Of a stretch of DNA of 64,000 nucleotides, positions 51,695 through 64,000 are shown piece by piece. Below the pieces are notes generated by a model. It did not search any database. It was given only the letters and a program-made list of their open reading frames with translations, and was not told the DNA's origin. The stretch spans positions 108,902 through 172,901 of the forward strand of contig NW_021832532.1 of NCBI RefSeq assembly GCF_006345805.1, in the 5' to 3' direction. Each line of letters begins with the position of its first letter. Within the stretch, counting starts at the first letter, position 1. The stretch comes from Octopus sinensis (lineage: Eukaryota). The position numbers were made by a program, and so were the translations under genes.

Positions 51695-53795
51695 CCCTTC
51701 ACCTTGCTAAATTTCCAGTGAGCATAATCAAAGCCATGACTTCATTGTGGACCACAATCTTGAAATTAAACACAAAATATGACTGTATTATCACTGATAG
51801 AATGCAGTATCACAAAGGCATATTCTAAGGGGACAGTCTCTCTGTGATGTTGTTTATACTTTCTGTAAACCCCTTGTCATTCATGTTAAGGAAGTTTGAA
51901 GGGTATCTCACTGATTCATGAGGAAACAGAAATATCAAAATTACACACTGTTTCTTTGTGGACAACTTAAAACTTTATGCAAAGAATACACTTGAGATGA
52001 AAAAGAGCTTTGAACTATTTACAATATTCTCAAAGGATGTAGGGTTGGAGTTTGATCAGGATAAATGTTGTTATATGGTTGTGAAAAGAGAGAAGACTGT
52101 AAACCAGACAAGTAACATCTCCAGCAATGATTTGACTGTTTCCCCTATGTCTGATGAGGAATGTTACAGGTACCTCAGGTGGAATAAAACATATCCTACA
52201 ATGACGCTTGAAACATTGATGAATGTTACAGCTGAATAAAGAAAATTTGAACCTCAGAACTCTACATTCAATAAAACAGTGGTCCACAATGTGTTTTTGG
52301 TGCCAGTATGCATACCAAAATTTGGGCTGCTTGGTTGGATGCTTGATGAGATCCAAGCCTTTGATGTGAAGACCCCAAAAATATTAACAGGCACACATAA
52401 TTTCCACATAAACTGTGATATAGATCACCTCTACCTAAAATGAAAACAAGGCAGCAGAGGCTTAACATCGATCCAAAATGTCTTTGAATGTCATATCATA
52501 TCCCTTCAGCAACATCTTTTAACAACCAAGTGTTGAAGTGCATCCCTTGACCAAGTTTGCGTACTTGAGGCTGATAACATCATAAAGCAGCTCCATGAGC
52601 AATATTCCTTGTCTGATAACCTTAAATTATCATGCCCAAAGAAGTTGCATGACACTACTGTAATGTATCATTAGATGAAAGGATGATCATATATGAGCAG
52701 AAGACTATGCATGGATATGTTAGTAGAAATCTCTGTGATGATAGTAACATTGATCATCAAAGCAGTCTGTCATGGACTAATAGCTGGATTACTACCTCCC
52801 ACTTTGAAGAGTATGTATTTGCAATCCAGGAACAGGAAATATAAACTAAATACCTATTTCTTTACTACCCACAAGGGGCTAAACACAGAAGACAAACAAG
52901 GACAGACAAACAGATTAAGGCGATTATATCGACCCCAGTGCGTAACTGGTACTTATTTAATCGACCCCGAAAGGATGAAAGGCAAAGTCGACCTCGGCGG
53001 AATTTGAACTCAGAACGTAGCGGCAGATGAAATACTGCTAAGAATTTCGCCCGGCGTGCTAACGATTCTGCCAGCTCACCGCCTTATAAACTAAATACCT
53101 GATGCATAAAAGGGATACAGATGCAGGAAACCAGTAAAATGTGACAATCGATGCAGAATTTATGAATATATTACCCACATCATAAGCAGCTGTCCAAAAG
53201 TATCGTCACAGTATTATCTACCAATGAGACATGATGTTATAGCTAGAACACTATGTAATGAAATCCTTCAGAAGGATAACCCCAAGGACAAAGAAATAAG
53301 AACCTACAGCATAGTACAAGCCATAGCCACTCAAAATAAAAAGAAGTACTGATGGAATGTCTCAGTAAAAACCTCAAAAAATGTAAGCACAACAGACCTG
53401 ATATAATGATTTGGGTAGAGAAGAGAAATTGTGTGCAGTTGTGGAAATTAACTCTCCAGCGGATGTTAACATAAAGCTGAAGATCAGTGAGAAAGAAAAC
53501 ACCTATGCTGAACTATTAAGAAATCTGCATTGATTCTATCCATATTACAAGTTCAGATTTATACCTGTAATTATTGGGGCTTGTGATATGTAACACACTG
53601 CCTAAATACCAACCTTGAGAAATTAGGCTTCTCAAAATGAGAAAGGTGAAAGCTAATTCGAAGACTACAGATCCACTCCATCACTGGAACTGTAAAAATC
53701 TGTAAAACTTACCAGAAGTTTATCATTGAAATATATATGAGCATGTCAAGATATGCAACTATATGCATGAGAATACATACATAAAACATACAAAT
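51695..53795 (+). mobile_element. RLE-type (R4/Dong-like) LINE, degraded, interrupted by a SINE
   Basis: KGIF*GDSLS, VDNLKLYA, MHGYV and HFEEYVFAIQEQ; same family as 20975-21720. Confidence 0.78.
52856..53084 (-). mobile_element. Full-length tRNA-derived SINE with 16-bp TSD and Tx1-like tail
   Basis: TSD tataaactaaatacct at 52840-52855 and 53085-53100; head ggcggtgagctggcagaa; box B-like gagttcaaattcc. Confidence 0.92.
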
Positions 53796-54130
53796 CTGCA
53801 TATACATACATACATACATACATACATACATGAGTGCATGCATGCATACATACATACATAAATACATACACACACACACACATGCATACACACACACACA
53901 CACACACACATACATACATACATGCATACACACATACATACATGCATACATACTACATACATACATGCATACATACATACACACACACATGCATACATAC
54001 ACACATACATACATACATACATGCATGCATACACACATGCATGCATGCATACATACATACATACATACATACATGCATACATACATACATACATACATAC
54101 ATACATACATACATACATACATACATACAA
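53795..54130. repeat. Compound (CATA)n/(CA)n microsatellite
   Basis: Visible directly in the sequence. Confidence 0.95.
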
Positions 54131-54229
54131 AAATACCCCATTGTTGATGTTGAAATTCCAGCGAAGGAGCCTTGGATCTAGGTTAGAAACTGACTTTTTC
54201 TTTATTGGCAAGAAATCTTTAAATAAAAC

Positions 54230-55250
54230 TGAATAATGACATACATACTGTTGTAATCCAATGTCTTGCCATCTTGGTTTTATAGTGTGCTTTTACGTGT
54301 CCAAATTTTCCACAATGGAAACATTCCTCTTTCTTAAAGGGGCAGTTATTTATCAGGTGTAAACCTCCACATGCAAAACATGGGTTTGTTTCCTGATTTT
54401 TGTCCTGTTTGTACTGTATTTTAGTACACATTTGATTTCTATTCTGCCTGGTTTACTCTCGTTTCACTTGGGTGCCATCTTTATGTTCAATTTTGTTTGT
54501 GTTGTTACTTAAATTTACTATTCTTTCAGACTCTTCTGACACTTGTTGTAAGGTTACAGCTTGATTTTGTTCCGGCTAAGAAAGAATTCTTGTTCTTCTG
54601 TGTCTTTTCCTGCAGTTAGTCTCTGAGTAAATCAGGCACTTGAACATATCAGGTGTTAATTCACCCAGTCTGAACTTTTCACATTCTCTGTTAACTCTTC
54701 CAGCATATGTGATGTAGTCCTTATTCTTTTTTAGATTCAAATATTTCCAGCTAGTAATGAACAAGAAGCTTTTTGTGCTAAAAAATTTACACAATATGTC
54801 TATTGTATTTTTAAAGTTTCTGTCAAAAGGTTATTTTGGGAGTACGTAATTGATGTAATGCTCATGTTCTGCTGCACTCTTGATTGAAAATTTTTTTGTA
54901 TCTTCTATAATATACCTCGAAGGTGACTCCTTTGTCTGCTTTATACTTAAATTCTATTACTGAGTGTGCAACATAATCTTTTCAGCCTTTTGTGATGACT
55001 TATTCATTAATTGTAGCATTTGTTGCTGTAATAGTAATTGTTATTGTTTGCTGTTTTTTGCAACTCAAGCAAACTGGCCAACAAATCTTTCATAATATTA
55101 CGATTCTGTATACCATAAAATTTGCATGATAAATCCTTTGTGAGTTTCACAACTCCTTGTGAGTTTGTTTAATTCTCATGAGTTTGTTAATTCCTCATGA
55201 GTTTCTTAATTCCTCAATGCCACTATTGTGATCCTCTGTTCCACTGTTAT
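54230..55250 (-). mobile_element. Gypsy-like gag remnant with zinc knuckles
   Basis: CFACGGLHLINNC..CFHCGKFGH and YAGRVNRECEKFRLGELTPDMFKCLI. Confidence 0.6.
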
Positions 55251-55309
55251 CTTTATAAAAAACAGATATATGATAACAGATAATAACTTTATTTTTCAAA
55301 AAAATGTTA

Positions 55310-55990
55310 TTCAATAAAGCCACCTTCAACTTCAATAACTGAGATCTAAATATGGAATCTAAATCATCTACATGCTCGAATCAAGTGGCCCTGATTCATT
55401 TTATACATTACTCTGACTATGGCAGCTTTCATAGAATCTTTGGTATTATGGGCATGTTCATTGACCTCTCTCTTTCAGCAATGCTCCACGTGTAATAATC
55501 CAATAGATTGGGGAATTAGAAGGCCAAATATTAGGGGTTATGTAATCATGAAAAATTTCAGCCATCCATTCCTCTGTTACTAGAGCCATATGTGATAATG
55601 CAGAGTCTTACTGAAACAGATATGGCTTTCCATTGCATACACTGTCTATCCAGGGCGTAACAATTATTTCCAGGACTTCAATGTAGGTGGCAGAGTTAAC
55701 TCTAAAGCCTTGTGGAAAGAAGTAAGGAGGCATCACATGACCTTTATTGCTGACAACCCCTAAAGCCATGACAGTTGCAGGAAATTTGTATGCATAACAG
55801 TTAGAACTTCAGAAGGGTCTGCACATAACCATCTGTCATTTCTTCTGTTAACTTTTTTGACACTGGTCGAAGTTTTTCTCATTTGAGAAACACCAAATCA
55901 AATCTTCTTCCACTGGATTTTTTCAGTTTGTTTAAGAGCCTTTTAAATCTGATGTAGTGATTTTCTTTTGCTTTTTCGGACAAATTAACC
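55310..55990 (-). mobile_element. maT (DD37D) transposase remnant
   Basis: Reverse complement is collinear with 48700-49330 (RLLNKLK, FSNEKNFDQ, VMPPYFFPQG). Confidence 0.78.
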
Positions 55991-56289
55991 TTTCCTCATC
56001 ATATAAGACTTATATCTGATGTCTTCGTGGACAAATTTTCTGATTGTAACTTCTGGTACATGGAGATCTTTTGCAGTTGACCACATGGACTTTCTAGGAG
56101 TGTAATCAATGCCCTGTTGAACTTACTGGAAAAATTAGGTGTTCTGATACCTCCATACCACTGAGTCTGGTATAATGTCATGCCAGTAAAGATCTTTGGA
56201 TAATCAGGAAACAAAAGACTTGCACTTGATAATTATAAAACTGACTTATATTTCTTAGGACTAGTATTGCATATTAATATTGTTTTGTT

Positions 56290-56450
56290 TTTAATCTGAG
56301 ATACAAGGCCAGCAATTTTTGATGGATGGGGTTTATTGATTATTTTGATGCCAGTATTTGAGTGGTACTTCATTTTATTAATCTCGGTGGAATAATAGGC
56401 AAAGTTAACTTCAATAGGATTTAAACTAAGAATGTAAAGGGCTGGAACAA
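56290..56450 (-). mobile_element. SINE fragment (ggcgg-head family, alternative tail)
   Basis: caaggccagcaattttt...agtggtacttcattttattaatctcgg...aggcaaagttaac. Confidence 0.55.
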
Positions 56451-56868
56451 ATATCACATGGTACTTTTTCCAGTGCTGTGATCTTGTTTATAATAGATCA
56501 TAATGAATCTTACATTGCTATTAAGTTGTTTTCTGTATAAGATATACCACAATTGAACTGAGAATATGTTTTAAAACACGTCATTTCAAAGACTGGTGCA
56601 CAACAAAATTATGTTATATACACAAAATTATATATTTTCATATACGTCATTCCTAGTATAATATTCCTTTAAAGAAATGTTCCTAGATAATTCATATCTG
56701 ATGCATTGACATGAAGATTTAAACTGTTGCACAGTCAAGGTATAAAATGTGCCAATGGTATGTTTGTTGTTTTCATAATGTAAGATATTGTTATTGCTGA
56801 ATGCTTCCTCTTAACAAATCTTTGCTTACTTTTCTAACTGTGTTTTTTACCTCTAAACTGTTCTGTAG

Positions 56869-56941
56869 GATGTAAATGACAATGGGCCTCAGTTCCAAGA
56901 AAGTTTTTACAATATATCAATAAAGGAAGATTTAACTGAAG
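56869..56941 (+). CDS. Cadherin-repeat gene, exon 11
   Basis: ctgtAG/GTTT; DVNDNGPQFQESFYNISIKEDLTE; phase 0/1. Confidence 0.92.
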
Positions 56942-57519
56942 GTTTGTTTATATTTATTAATTATATTTTCATTGTTTTTAATTTTTACACTATTAATTTT
57001 GAAATGGCGTTTCCTTCTAACCAAGCATAGCTTGGTTTTTGGAAAGGAGGAATATAGTGAGCAGAAGTGATACTAGTTTATTGCATGGTCTATTTTATAG
57101 AACTTTTAGTGATGTCTTTTATTAATTAAGGAAAAGTAGCATGGCAGACCTTTTAAAAGGATGCTGACAGGAAATTTATGTTCAGAGACTTACGCTGAAT
57201 GCTTTCAACAGAAAGGACTCAGCTAAGGATACCCAAGAGCTTAATCCAGGTGACTTTAAGTTTACTACCCCATTATGATGGACTTCTGCACAATTTTCAT
57301 CTGTTATTCTTTTACTAGTTTCTGTAAATAAACTGCAGTCAGTCTGGGGCACTGCCATCAAAGGTTTTACACAACTGCATTGAATTCAGGAATTATCAAA
57401 CAGCTCAGTTAACTTTTTGAAATAACGGGACGCAACTTGACATGCTGAGTTTGCATCAGTATACACAACACACACACACACACATATTACAGGTATGATT
57501 GGACAGATCCATAAAATGA

Positions 57520-57990
57520 TGAGTTTTTATAATTTTTTTGCAATATCTTGCATGGTATTCCTCTTTCATAGTTTTATTCCACTCAAGACATTCTGGCAAT
57601 TCTAAACCTATCTGTTATCCTCCATATGCATGTCTGTACCAACACAGTTGTCATTCTTTCACACTACAAGATATTCTTTTTATACCTAGTTTATATCTCA
57701 ACTCAGCTGTACCATGCATACTAACATTACACATACAGTGGATCATGCTCGCTATATTTTCTATCAGTCTTTGCACATCTTCTGTATTAAGTGCCCAAAT
57801 CTTTCTACCATGCAATATTTTACTTCATACACAAGCCGCATGCAATCTACTCCTTGCTAGAAGAGAGAATCCTCTTGTTGCCAAAAGAGATAATAGTTCC
57901 TTGAAAATTTTCTACTCTGTTCTCATTTTGGGTACTGTATTTTCGGAGCATTCTTCTCCACTGCTGATCAAGTTTCCTAGGTAATAGAGG
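57520..57990 (-). mobile_element. RTE 3' fragment
   Basis: LLSLLATRGFSLLARSRLHAACV...; homologous to 35080-35350. Confidence 0.6.
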
Positions 57991-59689
57991 CTTTCAAGCA
58001 TTGAAAAGAATTTATTTTGTTATTGTTATGACTACTAACCACTCTTGTATGCAGGCTACATACAAAGATTTTATTCACTGCCAACCTGCCTGTGAATCCA
58101 GAACACATTTTTGCATCCATAGTTCTCATGTACACCATATAGAGACCCTGCCTGGTGAAGTATGGCTCAAGCTAGTCACTTATACAATCAACCAGGTTAT
58201 AAAGGGAGGTGTCATACCCAGTAACTGGCATAGCTATATAGTTATCAACTGGTACAGGGACAAAGGAGATGCTTTGGGAAGAAGTAACTACAGAAGCTTC
58301 TAACATATATTAGGTTATTAAAATAATGGAAACAAATACTAACACAGTTAGTAAGAGAATCAGCTTAAATGAATTTGGAATTATGTGATTACAAATCAGC
58401 TTCTTAACCATGTAGCCATTTGGCTATAAGGTTTTGAACTCAGTCTGGAAATCTTAACAGTGTGCCCATATCCTTATTAGAATTCTGTTTGACAATCTAT
58501 TGTTTCTGCTAATTCATTGCCCTTTTGAATTTTAAATATAAAGTCATAATATTTTTAATTTCTTTATGTAAGAAAGTATTAATAACAATCTGTAACCCTG
58601 AGTAAGTCATTGGGTTACTACTGAAACCTTCCTTCAATTTATTTTGAACATCATTCTGTATGAAATAGGCACATGGAACAATTCTTAATATATCTTTGTT
58701 GTGATGAAATTTGATTTGATTCACTAATTCAGGAAGCTTGTGACACTGTTCCAATTACAAAACGAATGTGTTAGAGTAGTAAATGATTACCATTTCTATA
58801 TGCATTGTTTCTGAACTTATTACAACTGAAAATGGGTATTTTAGTGAGATATTCTGCTTGAAGTAGACTGTTATGTCGTCTTATGTTGATGATAACGTCA
58901 TGGTGATTGTAATTGAAGTTAGATATGTTAATCTTAGTGCAGTACTTTGATTGACACACAAGAAAAATATAAAATCTGTACCACTAGATAATTAATTCTG
59001 CACATTTGTAGTTTATGTATAATCTGACTGGGAAGTATGTACCATTAATTATACAAACACTGAATTTTATCTCCATGAAATTTAAAATTCAAATTCTCTG
59101 ATTGTCATCCAGGTTGTCCTGATTCCTGTCACTTCTAATCCAGAATTATTATCCTCTACATTTCACTCAAGTGTTCTATGTTTGACATAGTCTTTGTGGA
59201 TGGATGCCTTTTCTAACACCAAGTGCTTTACAAAGTGTAGTTGGTGCATTTTTTCATGGCATCAACATTAGAGAAGTTGTCTTCTCAACTGTTTATTGTC
59301 TCTACTTGTTTACCACCCATTTCACTGAATTTTCTGGGTGCATAATATTGTGACACCAGCAGTAGTGAGTTTGTCTTGTGCCTCTTCAAGATACTTTGCA
59401 TCCTTGCTACTCTACTGTATCACCATTCGTTCTAGGCAATGTGACCAAGGCTGATAGGAGAAAAAGTGATAACAGAAGAACCAGGATGAGTGGGTAAAAG
59501 AAGCAAGAGTATGATGGCAGAAGCAGAGTGATAATACAATGACTAGCAGAGAGGAGGAAAGGGGAGAGGATTAGCAATACTAAGAGCAAATGATAATGGA
59601 ACCTATCAAACAAGCTGCCCCAGTATCCACTTTCATATCTTATGCCTCTGTTATTTATAAAGCACTTGCAAAAACCCATGTTATTTGCA

Positions 59690-59950
59690 CTCGCATTGTT
59701 GTTCACGTTTAGCAACAAACTGTTGACAGATCCAGTCTTGCTCAGAGATACATTTATTTTGTCCATACAGCAATCATTTCTGTATTGGCAAAATCTTGTA
59801 AAATGCCCTAATTTACCACATTTATTATAATTTTTCCCATATGCTGGACATGCATGAACTTTGTGTCTATGCCCACAATTTTGACATTTCACTATAATGT
59901 CATGACTGCTACTGGGGGTATTCTTATTTACTAGTACTTTGTACTTGTGA
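59690..59950 (-). mobile_element. Gypsy-like gag zinc-knuckle fragment
   Basis: CQNCGHRHKVHACPAYGKNYNKCGKLGHFTRFC. Confidence 0.65.
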
Positions 59951-59959
59951 TGGCTTTCA

Positions 59960-60800
59960 CCCTGGGTGGGTTGAGCCAGCTTCTTCTCTGGTCCTGACGG
60001 CATCACGAACCATGGCAGCCCACACTTGACGGTCCTGTGCGAGGTCACTGGAGATATTGAGCCATTCACAGTTCCATCTGTGCAGACTGACCACCAGAAG
60101 ACCTGAGAGTTCGGAGAAGTCCTCCTTTATCGTCATTGCCAAGGTCTTCAGCTGCCTGCCTGTGCATTTGCACCAGTTGGGAAGTGGAGGTGGGAGGAGG
60201 ACATCACAAATTATCTCACACTCTGGACTGCATAACTGAACCACCCTAAATGCCATTGTAGAAGCACCACAGGGAGGGGCTGGAGATTCAGGCAATGATG
60301 AAGACTGGCTGTAGGAACCTGATCAATGCGTTGGCAGTAAAGAATGCGGCAGAGACAGTCATTGTCGAACACCTCCAGTCTTTGCTGATCGACTACCCTC
60401 ATAGGCCATGTTTCACAACCATAGAGGAGGTTAGTACGAACGATGGCCTGGTAGATTTGCCCTTTGGTCACCGAGGAGATCTCTCTTCTGTCCCACAGGC
60501 ACCACTGGAGGTGCACGAATGTGGATCTGGCAGCACCTATGCGTTGCTCAACCTCAGCTGCGCCCTAGCCCTTTGGAACCACATCCTCCAGCTCCACACC
60601 CTCACAAACGATTGGCTACCAGTCATCTGCTGCGACCAGAGACATCATCACTTTGGTTTTGCCAGCATTGATCTGAAGACCAACAGCAGCTTCTACCGCA
60701 TGCACCCTTTTGAGAGTATCTTGGACATCTGCCTGGTTAGAGCCCAAGCGTGTGATGTCATCTGCATAGGCCAACCTTAAAGTCCAACCCCTCCTCAAAG
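59960..60800 (-). mobile_element. RTE (BovB-like) RT 3' fragment
   Basis: LAYADDI, GLQINAGKTKVM and YQAIVRTNLLYGCETW. Confidence 0.8.
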
Positions 60801-61279
60801 CGGTAGAGTGGTGTAAACGGGCAGTGTCAGAGCTATGCTGTCAGGAACTTTGGTTCCTGGGTGGGAAACCCAAGGCAGATTGGTCTGGCACCGAGCGGTA
60901 TTAGGGCCACAGCCTGGGCAATGGGGCTCTGGTGAAAATTCCAAGAGGCGTCTGATCAGCAACAGGCAGCTTCGAATTCGATCTATCCCTGTGTCTGTAG
61001 AGACTCCGTGGCAAACAGGGCGTCCCGTCACTTGGGATATGCATGCGGGATGTCGGGGACCGCTTGTGAATTCATTATTCTCACGAAACTTCTTCTATGA
61101 ATCCTACTACTACCATGGGGGTATTCTTGTTGACATTAAAGTTTGTTATTGTTTGTCAACTACTCACAAACAGTGTTTCTGATTCTATGGTGGATGTAAG
61201 AGCAGTTCTTTCAGTGTATTTCATTTTAGACTGAACCTAACCCTGACTCTAACTGTAACTGATTCAAAATTTCTAACTT

Positions 61280-61860
61280 TACCTCTGCTGACAATAACCC
61301 CGCAATGAAAATGAGTTACATGATCTCTTCTTCTGGATTTTCTATCAACCTATTCAAATGGCAGAAAGAAGCTTGAAAATTAATCCAAAGAAGGGAGTTA
61401 TTGGTTGACTCATTTTCCAGTTGCTTCAGTTCCAATAATTTTAATCTTTCTGCAATTAACAGTTTCTCCTTTGGCTTTACTAGTTGTTGCAATGCATTCA
61501 TTGTTTGTTGGTATGTTGCATTCTGAAGGGTTACTGGGAAAAGAACATTCTTTAACTTCATTATGGCTCCACAGTTAGAAAGAAATGTTGGCTTCTTTTT
61601 AACATCTTCAATGTCATTGCATTAAATTTTTGCTTCAAACTGTATCAGCCAGGCTCTAGCTTCCTCCAAGTTGTTCAAGTTTGAATGTTTTCCAGTTGTC
61701 ATCCTCATCACAATGTGTTATGTTTCACTCTTATAAGACAAATGTTGAATGTTCATAACTGCAATTTACACAGCTCACTTTTCGAGAATCCCGCTGTACT
61801 GTTTCTAGTAGTGTTCTCAGTTCTTTGTGTTTTCCATCACAGCATGTCGAAATCTTTAAA
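61280..61860 (-). mobile_element. Gypsy-like gag N-terminal remnant
   Basis: ORF 61316-61561 (MNALQQLVKPKEKLLIAERLKLLELKQ) resembles a retrotransposon gag. Confidence 0.4.
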
Positions 61861-61950
61861 AAAAATCTTCTAATGTATCATATAGAAGTATTTTTGAGGC
61901 TGAATCTGAATTTTTTATTAATTTATTCCAGAAAAATTTTGTGAAAATGT

Positions 61951-62110
61951 TACAGGTGTGCAAAATTTGATAATTTTTCAGAATTTTCAGCCAATCAGTA
62001 AACAGTGTGTTCACTATCTCTTCCATATCTAATGATGGAAGAGATAGTGAACACACTGTTTACTGATTGGCTGAAAATTCTGAAAAATTATCAAATTTTG
62101 CACACCTGTA
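61951..62110. repeat. Perfect inverted repeat: 76-bp arms, 8-nt spacer
   Basis: 61951-62026 is the exact reverse complement of 62035-62110. Confidence 0.95.
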
Positions 62111-62159
62111 GCATGGGGTGGGGTGGGGGGCATGTCAAGACATTAAAGTAGCTACAGTA

Positions 62160-62395
62160 AACATTAAAACATTAAAGCATTAAAACATATGCGAGCAAAT
62201 TGAATATTTCAAAGCTATGAACAGACCAACAGGACTTGCTAGAAATAAGAGTCAAAACATTAAAATATACACAAGCAGAGTTAACAGTGAAAACAGTAAA
62301 AACATTAAATCATTCTCGAGCAAATTAAATATTTTAAAGTTGTGAACAAACCAACATGAGTTGCTAGAAATAACTGTCAAAACATTGCTTAAAAC
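62160..62395. repeat. Diverged direct duplication (~90-100 bp, two copies)
   Basis: cgagcaaatt.aatattt.aaag...ttgctagaaataa..gtcaaaacatt occurs twice. Confidence 0.7.
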
Positions 62396-63422
62396 AGACA
62401 TTTATTAGTTAAAAAATTCAAGAACGAAAGTTGCGGCCATCTTGTTACTGTTCTAAAATCTCTATATCAGTCTAGAAATGAATTCCTTCTGTTACGAAAA
62501 TAAACTCCTTGTGCACACATGCACCATCATTACTTACTATGGAAACAAAGTACTTTGCAATCAGCTATGGAACACTTAGTGCTTCTTTGCTTTCGGTACT
62601 ATGGAAACACAGTTCTTCACCATGGTCATGTGTAAAATACTCACTTCTGGTAGACTAAAATAAACAAATTTTGCAAATTTTAGAAGCTAATAACTTTTTA
62701 ATTATGGATTTATAGGGAAAATGAATATCATTTTCATAATTAGTATACAAAATTTAATCCATATACCAAATTTGAAAATAATTGGAACAAGATTGTAGAC
62801 AGTGATGAAATCTACAAAGATCCATGTTGTCCTGTAACACTCCTTTTTATGGCTGCTAGCTCTCTCATTTCTCATCATATGATTTCCATTTGGTTGCACG
62901 AGGCTTCCTTTGAGCGTTCTATACACATATCAAGACATCAGATCAGCAACCCAATGCAACTATCACAGTATACACTTCTACTAATCAGTTATTTCCAAGC
63001 TATGCTCATGGTAGTGTCTACCTTCCATGCTTTTAAGTGAATGAAACAATCACCAATTATCTAATAAAGATGGTTACGTTACAAAACTGGCAGGGTGTCA
63101 AATAAAGGCCTTATGGTATTTAGTTAGATCCCTTTGATTGTTTCTTCTCATTATATTTGTGGCTTTGCTAGAAGCCAGTTATTTAGTTATAGGTGAAACA
63201 TTCATCAATAGGTACTGCTGCATATAATATCTATTGACATCCCGGTAGACTGCATAAGCAAGTGTTATCTGTCTTGGCCATGGAGACAGCATAATGTCAG
63301 TAACAAGGTACAAATTGTTAACTCTGTGAAAAGAAGGTTTACAATATCAGTCCATTGTAACATCTAGTAAATGAAACATGTAAAAATTGTCTTCTTATAT
63401 TCTCTAATTATATTCCTTGCAG

Positions 63423-63859
63423 ATAGTTGGCTTTTAAACATTACTGCAAAAGATAATGATAAGACAAGTCCATTCAATCGGGTGAACTTCCGTCTAAAAA
63501 CACAAACCAGTGTCTTTCGCATAAATTCAGAGGATGGAAGTATTTTTCTCAGCAGTAAATTAAACCATGAAGATAAATCCTTTTACAATCTCACCGTTCT
63601 TGCCACTGACGGAGGAACTCCATCTAAAACAGCCACTACTGAAGTAAATGTCATTGTAGAAGACGTTAATGATGAAACACCAGAACTGATACTGGGTAAA
63701 ACAAATATAGAACTTTATGAAAACATAACCGTTAATTCTTATATTACTTCAATAAAAGCTACAGACAAGGACTTGAATAGTAAGCTGATTTTCAATATTT
63801 CACAAGAGACAATTGAAATAAATGGAAAAGGAAGAGAAGTCAATAAAAATACTATCGTG
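63423..63859 (+). CDS. Cadherin-repeat gene, exon 12 (gene continues beyond window)
   Basis: ttgcAG/GTAAGA; phase 1/0; AKDNDK, LNHEDK, ATDGG, EDVNDETP and ATDKD motifs. Confidence 0.94.
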
Positions 63860-64000
63860 GTAAGACATTTTTGGATTTTTTTGCTTGAAATAGAACTTGT
63901 TTTTCAGAATGTTTAGCAAAGTTTTTATGGCCTACTTCTCACTAATTTTTATATTTTTCAAATTCAAAACACTTGCATAGTTGGAGTGTATTTTACAGCC

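Noticed and set aside
52856-53084. tRNA gene
   Set aside because: Only a tRNA-like head with A/B boxes; no cloverleaf; has SINE body, tail and TSD.
53709-54236. Multiple ORFs of YV/CM/HT repeats (also 17121-17523, 19029-19333)
   Set aside because: Translations of microsatellites.
60830-61070. GC-rich segment possibly an HDV-like ribozyme or RTE 5' UTR
   Set aside because: I could not build the nested double pseudoknot by eye; it needs a covariance-model search.

Overview
AT-rich, repeat-dense animal genomic DNA; the SINE, RTE and microsatellite repertoire suggests a cephalopod, probably Octopus (inference, not verified). Twelve internal + strand exons (198-63859) of a large cadherin-repeat gene are recoverable, with GT-AG sites and consistent phases except for one 1-nt deficit in exon 2. 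The introns hold RTE, R4/Dong-like, Penelope, DD37D Tc1/mariner and gypsy-gag remnants plus tRNA-derived SINEs. The standout is in the first intron: an ~11.8 kb head-to-tail stack (4198-16003, minus strand) of four L1/Tx1-like non-LTR elements. It contains one near-full-length ORF1+ORF2 element, one internally deleted copy and two ORF1-only (HAL1-like) elements. All four share a ~47-nt 3' tail and sit at a single site inside the ORF1 of an older related element, whose two halves rejoin in frame. Junction duplications suggest serial re-insertion at a regenerated target. A SINE at 52856-53084 carries the same 3' tail.
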